A stretch of 64,000 nucleotides of DNA from Candidatus Kapaibacterium sp. (GTDB lineage Bacteria > Patescibacteriota > Patescibacteriia > UBA9934): positions 177,809-241,808 of the forward strand of contig JBILHA010000001.1 in assembly GCA_044350705.1 (NCBI GenBank), given 5' to 3'. Numbering within the stretch: position 1 is the stretch's first letter; each line of letters opens with the position of its first letter. Position numbers and translations under genes: made by a program. Below the pieces are notes generated by a model, which was not told where the DNA came from, did no database searches, and saw only the letters and a program-made list of their open reading frames with translations. This document shows, piece by piece, positions 57,724 to 64,000 of this stretch.

Positions 57724-59307
57724 ATGCTTGGGATCGTCCTCAATCTTCCGCCTACTCTTGAACGCTTTTTTGCAGCCACTCCTCCGGATGTTTTGGCGGC
57801 ATATGCACTCCTTATTGTTGGCCCCGTCCCTATTTTAGGGGTCATCGTTTGGGGATTTTCTCATCTTTGGCTTGAATACAAGCAAGAGGTTTTTGAACAT
57901 AGCTTAAAGTGGATCAATCTCGAGGTACGTGTTCCACAAACGAGCATTCAAACTCCAAAAGGCATGGAGAATTTCTTTTCTAACCTTGCGGGAGCAAAGA
58001 GTGGACTTACGTGGAAAGAAACATGGCTTCTCGGAAAAACACAGGCGCGTTTTTCTTTTGAATTGGTGAGTAATGGCGGGGATATTTCTTTCGTGATTCG
58101 TGCGTTGGAAAAATTCCGAGATATTTTGGAGGCTGATTTATACGCGCAGTATCCTGAAGCCCAAATTACCGAGGTGCCTGATTATACCGGCATGGTTGCG
58201 AAGAAGTATCCTAATGATGACCAGGAGTTGTTTGGAGCAGAAATTGTATTGGCAAAAGAACGTTTTTTACCTATTCGTAATTACGATAGTTTTGAACATC
58301 AAGGTGAAAAGGAAAATCGATTTAAAGATCCGCTTTTGTCCCTTCTTGAGCTCATGGGAAAAATGCAGCCCGGTGAGCACTTGTGGGTGCAGCTTATTAT
58401 TCGTCCGCCTCAGAATGAAGATTGGGTGAAAGAGGGTTTGGCATATTTAGGAAAGGTGATGGGGAAGGAGGAAAAAGCTCCGAAAAAGAGCGGTGGCATT
58501 CTGGGTGCGATTGATGGTCTCTTTTGGTTTCCTTTTGGCGTTTTAGAGCAGGTTACTGGCATGAAGATTGGAGGAGGTGCGGAAAAGGCCGAAAAGAAGC
58601 CGGATGATTTTAAGATGTTCCGATTAACAAGTGCGGAGAAAATTCAGATTGACCAGGTTGCAGAAAAGATTTCAAAAGTAGGGTGGGAGGCAAAGATTCG
58701 TTGGATCGGTGTTGGACCTAAGAATAGTTTTAGAAAGGGGGTTTTTGCTTCCGGCATGAAGGGTGCTTTTCAGCCTTTTAATAGTCCTATTCTTAATCAA
58801 CTTTCTACTCATGGTCCTGCTGTTCCAAAAGATGATTATTTTTGGCAGAAGTGGTCGTATGGCAAAAAACAGGGCATTCTTGCTCAGCGGTATGCGGCGC
58901 GATCATTTTCTGCGGGTGCGACTCCTACCATTTTAAATGCTGAAGAGCTTGCAACGCTTTTCCATTTTCCTTCTGCGGATGCGCGTACGCCTGTGCTTAC
59001 GGCAATGGGCGCACGTCGTTCAGAAGCGCCTAACGTTCTTCCCGCGGCTCCTGTTGGTCGGCTTGGAGGTACGCCTGTGAGCGAGCCTACTTCTGACGAT
59101 TGGCGAAGAGTGTATCTTGAACGCAGAACGCAGCAGGGTACTACGCATGCCGTTCCTGCGGGTATTCCCGAAAAGCCTTCGGCGCCTCATGAATTTCCAG
59201 ATCATGCGCCTTTTCATGATGCGATCCTTCCTCATCCGCAGGCGCCTCAAGAACATGGTTTGCATGATGAAAAACAGGATGCTCCTCCTGATAATTTGCC
59301 GGTGTAG
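57724..59307 (+). CDS. Hypothetical membrane protein, partner of the downstream VirD4/HerA-like ATPase
   Basis: N-terminal TM helix; FSFEL, LYAQYP.A.I.EV.DY, ILNAEELATLFHFP; stop 2 nt before the ATPase gene. Confidence 0.75.
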   Translation: MLGIVLNLPPTLERFFAATPPDVLAAYALLIVGPVPILGVIVWGFSHLWLEYKQEVFEHSLKWINLEVRVPQTSIQTPKGMENFFSNLAGAKSGLTWKETWLLGKTQARFSFELVSNGGDISFVIRALEKFRDILEADLYAQYPEAQITEVPDYTGMVAKKYPNDDQELFGAEIVLAKERFLPIRNYDSFEHQGEKENRFKDPLLSLLELMGKMQPGEHLWVQLIIRPPQNEDWVKEGLAYLGKVMGKEEKAPKKSGGILGAIDGLFWFPFGVLEQVTGMKIGGGAEKAEKKPDDFKMFRLTSAEKIQIDQVAEKISKVGWEAKIRWIGVGPKNSFRKGVFASGMKGAFQPFNSPILNQLSTHGPAVPKDDYFWQKWSYGKKQGILAQRYAARSFSAGATPTILNAEELATLFHFPSADARTPVLTAMGARRSEAPNVLPAAPVGRLGGTPVSEPTSDDWRRVYLERRTQQGTTHAVPAGIPEKPSAPHEFPDHAPFHDAILPHPQAPQEHGLHDEKQDAPPDNLPV

Positions 59308-59309
59308 CT

Positions 59310-61193
59310 ATGTCGCATGATCATCACGACGAACCCGTCCTTCATTCTTCTGAACCTTCAGGACCTTTTCAGTACGATCATGAAAAGCATGTTACGTACT
59401 TTGCGCAGACGAATTTTCGTAATCAAATGCGGAAATTCGGTATTAAAACCGACGATCGTCGCCGTCACATGTATGTGATTGGAAAGACGGGTATGGGTAA
59501 GACTACCCTTCTTGAAAACATGTTCCTTTCGGATGTGTATGCGGGGCATGGGTGTTGTTATATCGATCCTCACGGAGATACCGCCGAGAAGCTCATTGAT
59601 TTTATTCCTGCTTGGCGCATTAATGACGTGGTGTACTTTAATCCTGCGGATTTTGATAATCCTATTGGATTCAACGTTTTGGAAGTCAATCATGATCTTC
59701 CTCATGATCTTCTCGTTGAAGAGAAGGAGCGTATTTCCTCTTCACTGCTCTCGGTTTTCAAGAAGATTTGGGAGAATGTGTGGAGTGCGCGCATGGAGTA
59801 CATCATGAACAATACGGTGAAGGCGCTTTTGGATACCCCTGGTACGACGCTTTTGGGTATTAACCGCATGCTTTCTGATAAGGATTATCGATTGGAAATT
59901 GTTCGTAACATCAAGGATCCTATCGTGAAGCAATTTTGGGTGCAGGAATTTGCTGCGTATGATGCAAAGTTTGCTTCGGAAGCAGTGGCTCCTATTCAAA
60001 ATAAGGTAGGTCAATTTATTTCTTCCGCAGTTATTCGCAATATCGTTGCACAGGCGAAGAGCTCGTTGAATCTTCGAGATGTCATGGACAATGAGAAGAT
60101 TTTCATCGTGAACCTTTCCAAAGGAAGAAATGGTGATGAAGCGATGCGTTTACTTGGAGGCATGCTCATTACGAAGATCCAGATTGCAGCGATGGAACGC
60201 GTTGATACTCCGGAAAAGCTTCGTAAAGATTTTTATCTTTATGTAGACGAATTTCAGAATTTTGCCGTAGATTCTTTTGCGAGCATTCTTTCCGAGGCGC
60301 GAAAATATCGGTTGAATCTTATTTTGGCGCACCAGTACATTGCTCAGCTTTCTGAACCGGTGCGTGATGCGGTATTTGGTAACATCGGCACTATCGTTTC
60401 TTTCCGCGTAGGTTCTCCGGATGCACTCTTTTTGGAGCCTGAGTTCATGCCGCGCTTTATGGCGCAGGATATTATCGAGCTTCCTCGTGCTGGCGTGTAT
60501 GTCAAGCTCATGATTGATGGTGTTACCAGTCAGCCCTTTTCTGCCTCGACGCTTCCTCCGATTGGTCAGTCGACGGGCAGTACGCAGAAGGTTATTGAAC
60601 AGTCTCGTGAACGATATTCGGGGAATCGGAAGAATATCGAAGAGCGTGTTATGGCGTGGAGTGGTTTTGGCGATGATGTAAATATTGATGAAAAATTGAA
60701 AGAGGTTTCTGATGCGAAAAAAGAAGCGAAGAAAGCAAAGTATAGTTTTACGTATGACTGTACACGATGCGGAAAGCAATTTTTGCTTCCGGTAGAGCTT
60801 GACCGTTCCCGTCCTATTTACTGTGAAGAATGTAAAGCTATCGTGGATTCGGAACGACAGCGTGCGAAAGCAAAGAGTGAGGCAAAGAAGCAGCCGAGTA
60901 CTGCGCCGTCTGGAGCGCCGGTGCGCGCGAAAGATGGGGAGTTGGTGGTTCGTCCAGTTGCTGAGCCGGTTTCTCTTTCTGCGCTCCAGCATGCTGACGC
61001 AGGAAGTGCGGATGCGCAAAAGAAAAAGAGAAAGCGCAAGAGAAAAAAGAAGTCGACTTCAGAGCATTCGGCGACTTCCGGATCTGTATCTTCAGTTCCT
61101 TCGGACGGTCGAGAATTCTCGCTTGATCCGTCTTCGTCCGACTCTTCTTCTCTTCCTCATCCTACGCTTCCTCCTGAGTCATCCCCCGTATGA
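59310..61193 (+). CDS. TraD/VirD4/HerA-like coupling ATPase with a C-terminal CxxC-x17-CxxC domain
   Basis: DRRRHMYVIGKTGMGKT, IDPHGD, LYVDEFQNF, SEARKY.L.LILAHQ; CTRC-x17-CEEC. Confidence 0.85.
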   Translation: MSHDHHDEPVLHSSEPSGPFQYDHEKHVTYFAQTNFRNQMRKFGIKTDDRRRHMYVIGKTGMGKTTLLENMFLSDVYAGHGCCYIDPHGDTAEKLIDFIPAWRINDVVYFNPADFDNPIGFNVLEVNHDLPHDLLVEEKERISSSLLSVFKKIWENVWSARMEYIMNNTVKALLDTPGTTLLGINRMLSDKDYRLEIVRNIKDPIVKQFWVQEFAAYDAKFASEAVAPIQNKVGQFISSAVIRNIVAQAKSSLNLRDVMDNEKIFIVNLSKGRNGDEAMRLLGGMLITKIQIAAMERVDTPEKLRKDFYLYVDEFQNFAVDSFASILSEARKYRLNLILAHQYIAQLSEPVRDAVFGNIGTIVSFRVGSPDALFLEPEFMPRFMAQDIIELPRAGVYVKLMIDGVTSQPFSASTLPPIGQSTGSTQKVIEQSRERYSGNRKNIEERVMAWSGFGDDVNIDEKLKEVSDAKKEAKKAKYSFTYDCTRCGKQFLLPVELDRSRPIYCEECKAIVDSERQRAKAKSEAKKQPSTAPSGAPVRAKDGELVVRPVAEPVSLSALQHADAGSADAQKKKRKRKRKKKSTSEHSATSGSVSSVPSDGREFSLDPSSSDSSSLPHPTLPPESSPV

Positions 61194-61990
61194 CCATTTT
61201 TGAGGCAGTGATCTTGGGCGCCGTACAGGGCTTTACGGAATTTCTTCCTATTTCAAGTTCAGGACACCTTATTTTGTTTCCTGCGATTTTGGGTTGGGAG
61301 GCGCAAAGTGTGGTTTTTGATGTCGCGGTACACGTTGCTACTCTCGGAGCGATTCTTGTTGCATTGTGGCCGAGGATTTCTGCTTGGATCAAAGAATTGC
61401 GCAGGGGTAATAAAACCGCGTGGCGTCTTGCGATGTATCTTGTTTTGGCTACCATTCCTGCGGGACTGTTAGGAATTTTTGGTGGGGATTGGCTTGAAGG
61501 GCAGCGTACGCTTCCCATGGTGGGTATCATGCTTATTTTTTGGGGAATCATTTTGTATATCGCTGATGTGATTGCCGTAAAGCTTTCTCGAACGGTCGTG
61601 AAAGATGGGCAGATTACGCTCCCCTTTGCGCTTGCGATAGGCGTTGCTCAGGCGCTCGCTCTTTTTCCTGGCACTTCTCGTTCGGGTGCGAGTATCAGTA
61701 CGGCAATGCTTCTTGGGTTTGATAGAAAAACGGCTGCAAACTTTTCTTTTCTTCTTGCTATTCCTGCAATTTCTGGTGCGGGTCTGGTGACGGCACTTGA
61801 TATTTCCGAAACGGGTTTAGATGTTCCGATTATTTCATTGGTGGCAGGATGTCTTGTCGCTTTTATTACCGGTATTTTTGCGATTCGATTCCTTTTTGCA
61901 GTTATCGAAAAGGGAGGATTTCGCTGGTTTGCGCTTTATCGTGTAGTGTTGGGAGTACTTGTCCTCAGTCTTTTCTATGCTTCTTCGTGA
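61190..61990 (+). CDS. uppP: Undecaprenyl-diphosphatase
   Basis: QGFTEFLPISSSGHL, PGTSRSG, FSFLLAIP, FALYR. Confidence 0.95.
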   Translation: MTIFEAVILGAVQGFTEFLPISSSGHLILFPAILGWEAQSVVFDVAVHVATLGAILVALWPRISAWIKELRRGNKTAWRLAMYLVLATIPAGLLGIFGGDWLEGQRTLPMVGIMLIFWGIILYIADVIAVKLSRTVVKDGQITLPFALAIGVAQALALFPGTSRSGASISTAMLLGFDRKTAANFSFLLAIPAISGAGLVTALDISETGLDVPIISLVAGCLVAFITGIFAIRFLFAVIEKGGFRWFALYRVVLGVLVLSLFYASS

Positions 61991-62834
61991 AATTGCTCCT
62001 TGGAAACACTACGCGCTCCTTGATTCTGGTGAAGGAGAGAAGAGTGAGCGTTTTGGTGATATTGTCATGGTCCGTCCTGATCCTCAGGCGATTTGGAATA
62101 AAGCAGATGCAAAGGCTGCGTGCTGGATGGATCCTCATTTGACGTATGCGCGTCAGGGTCGAGAGGGAGACTGGACCTATCGTAAGCCCGTTCCTGATGC
62201 GTGGACCGTTCTTTGGGAGGACTTAACGTTCCGTATTCGTCCAACGTCGTTTAAGCACACGGGACTTTTTCCTGAGCAGGCAAGTAATTGGCAGTACATT
62301 AAAAAGCACATCGCACCAGGTATGCGCGTCCTTAATCTTTTTGGGTATACCGGAGGCGCAAGCGTTGCGGCAGCTTCGGCAGGTGCTGATGTGACCCATG
62401 TAGATGCGAGCAAGCCGGTGGTAACTTGGACTCGTGAAAATGCAGAGCTTTCAGGACTTGCCGACAAGCCTCTTCGTTATATCGTTGATGATGCGCAAAA
62501 GTTTATCGCTCGAGAAATTCGTCGTGAAAGCAAGTACGACGCCATTTTTATGGATCCTCCTGCTTTTGGTCGAGGGCCAGAAGGCGAAATTTGGAAATTT
62601 GAAGAGCATCTCCCGAGATTGCTTGATCAGTGCGTGCGGATTCTTCAGAAGGAACGTGGCATGCTTTTAGTGAATGCTTACTCTCTCGGGTATCCTGCTC
62701 TTGCGATTGAGAATATGATCAAGAGCGCGCTTCCTTGGAAGGGAGAAATGATGAGTGTTGAACTCACGCTTCAAGAGCAAAATCCTCGTGGATTTTTACT
62801 TCCTACGGGTGTCGTCGTGCGGGTAACATGGTAG
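61977..62834 (+). CDS. Class I SAM-dependent methyltransferase (RlmI/RlmK-like)
   Basis: LLDSG.GEK.ERFG, FKHTGLFPEQ, VLNLFGYTGG, DPPAFGRG. Confidence 0.85.
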   Translation: MLLREIAPWKHYALLDSGEGEKSERFGDIVMVRPDPQAIWNKADAKAACWMDPHLTYARQGREGDWTYRKPVPDAWTVLWEDLTFRIRPTSFKHTGLFPEQASNWQYIKKHIAPGMRVLNLFGYTGGASVAAASAGADVTHVDASKPVVTWTRENAELSGLADKPLRYIVDDAQKFIAREIRRESKYDAIFMDPPAFGRGPEGEIWKFEEHLPRLLDQCVRILQKERGMLLVNAYSLGYPALAIENMIKSALPWKGEMMSVELTLQEQNPRGFLLPTGVVVRVTW

Positions 62835-62872
62835 GACTTTTTTTAAAACGCTGTTTGGTATAGGGTGGAGGG

Positions 62873-64000
62873 ATGAAGAAACGGAGATATGCCTTTCCGT
62901 CCGGATTTTCTTGGGGTGCCTCGACATCGAGTCATCAGGTTGAGGGCGGGCATACGAATGATTGGACGGAGTGGGAAGCGTCTCCTGAGCGTCTGGAAGA
63001 TCTTCGAGCGTCTGGAAAATTAGAGAAGTATGGTTTAGAGAATTTTGTTTCCGGTGATGCCGTAATGCACTGGCAGCATTATCGTGATGATTTTTTACTG
63101 GCGAAGGACTTGGGACATAATGCTACGCGTTTTTCGTTAGAATGGTCGCGGATTGAGCCTGAAGAAGGGAGGTTTGATGAAGAGGTGATTGCACATTATC
63201 GAGATGTTTTGCAGACGTGTCATGAGTTTGGCTTGGAACCGTTTGTCACGCTTTGGCACCGGCCTATTCCTTTGTGGCTTCGGGATAAGGGAGGATGGGA
63301 GAGTAAGGAAGTCGTTGAGGCGTTTTCTCGGTATGTTGAGAAAATAGTATCTGTTCTTGGTGATCAGGTGCATTTTTGGATTACGCTTAATGAGCCGGAC
63401 TTGTATACGCGTAATTCGTATTTACTCGGTGTTTGGCCGCCTCAGAAAAAGAGTAAGCGAGCGTATATTCGTGTTCTGCATCGACTTATTGCAGCTCATC
63501 GAAAGGCATATGATGTTATCCATCGTATTCAACCTCGTGCCATGGTAGGAATTGCGAAGAATAATAGCTTTATTGATCCTCAGCCAGATACCTTCCTCAA
63601 TCGCTCGATGGCTGCTGTATTTCGTTGGTGGCATAACGACTATCTTTTGCAACGCATTGGTGATAGGCAAGATTTTATTGGACTCAATCATTATTTTCAT
63701 GATCGGTATGTGTACGGAAAAGTACAGAATGAAAATAAGGTGACGTCTGATGTAGGATGGGAGCTTTATCCGGAAGCGTTGTATTACACGCTTGCTGAAC
63801 TTCAGAAATATAAAAAGCCTATTTTTATTACCGAGAATGGCCTTGCAGATGCAAAAGATGAGAAGCGCGCATGGTTTTTGATTGAATCTCTCAAGCAGGT
63901 GCATCGTGCGATAAAAGACGGTGTTGAGGTGCGTGGATATCTTCATTGGTCGCTCTTGGATAACTTTGAATGGGACTCCGGCTTTTGGCCCCAGTTTGGG
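62873..64000 (+). CDS. Glycoside hydrolase family 1 (beta-glucosidase-like), running off the window and absent from the ORF track
   Basis: Manual translation from ATG 62873 gives FPSGFSWGASTSSHQVEG, RFSLEWSRIEP, WITLNEP, IFITENG and GYLHWSLLDNFEW. Confidence 0.92.
   Translation, partial: MKKRRYAFPSGFSWGASTSSHQVEGGHTNDWTEWEASPERLEDLRASGKLEKYGLENFVSGDAVMHWQHYRDDFLLAKDLGHNATRFSLEWSRIEPEEGRFDEEVIAHYRDVLQTCHEFGLEPFVTLWHRPIPLWLRDKGGWESKEVVEAFSRYVEKIVSVLGDQVHFWITLNEPDLYTRNSYLLGVWPPQKKSKRAYIRVLHRLIAAHRKAYDVIHRIQPRAMVGIAKNNSFIDPQPDTFLNRSMAAVFRWWHNDYLLQRIGDRQDFIGLNHYFHDRYVYGKVQNENKVTSDVGWELYPEALYYTLAELQKYKKPIFITENGLADAKDEKRAWFLIESLKQVHRAIKDGVEVRGYLHWSLLDNFEWDSGFWPQFG

Overview
This is a gene-dense 64 kb chromosomal stretch, mostly on the + strand and using the standard genetic code (TGA is a stop). 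Its gene content, compact intergenic regions, near-leaderless promoters and protein families suggest a Patescibacteria/CPR bacterium (Parcubacteria/ABY1-like); that assignment is an inference. Housekeeping content includes an F-type ATP synthase operon, secA/secD/secF, dnaB, recR-ybaB, glyA-folD, murB/murC, uppP, tgt, truB, HU, L21, L28, HPF and tRNA-Trp(CCA). The most unusual signals are: (1) an ATP synthase c-subunit with a two-carboxylate Na+-binding signature and an unrecognisable gene in the delta slot; (2) a TGT lacking all four Zn ligands and carrying a partly eukaryote-like substrate pocket; (3) SecD with two apparently nested parvulin PPIase domains; (4) a 3542-aa modular surface protein with a recent internal duplication; (5) a dispersed G-rich 9-mer/palindrome repeat family, one composite copy of which sits in-frame inside truB; (6) an AT-rich ASCH + ParB-like gene in an islet at the tRNA-Trp 3' end; (7) a GC-rich 2OG-Fe(II) oxygenase; (8) a membrane-anchored Clp ATPase with a partner gene; (9) a kinase-like orphan; (10) five loop-less perfect palindromes at gene ends. 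All calls come from motif recognition by eye; no database searches were run.
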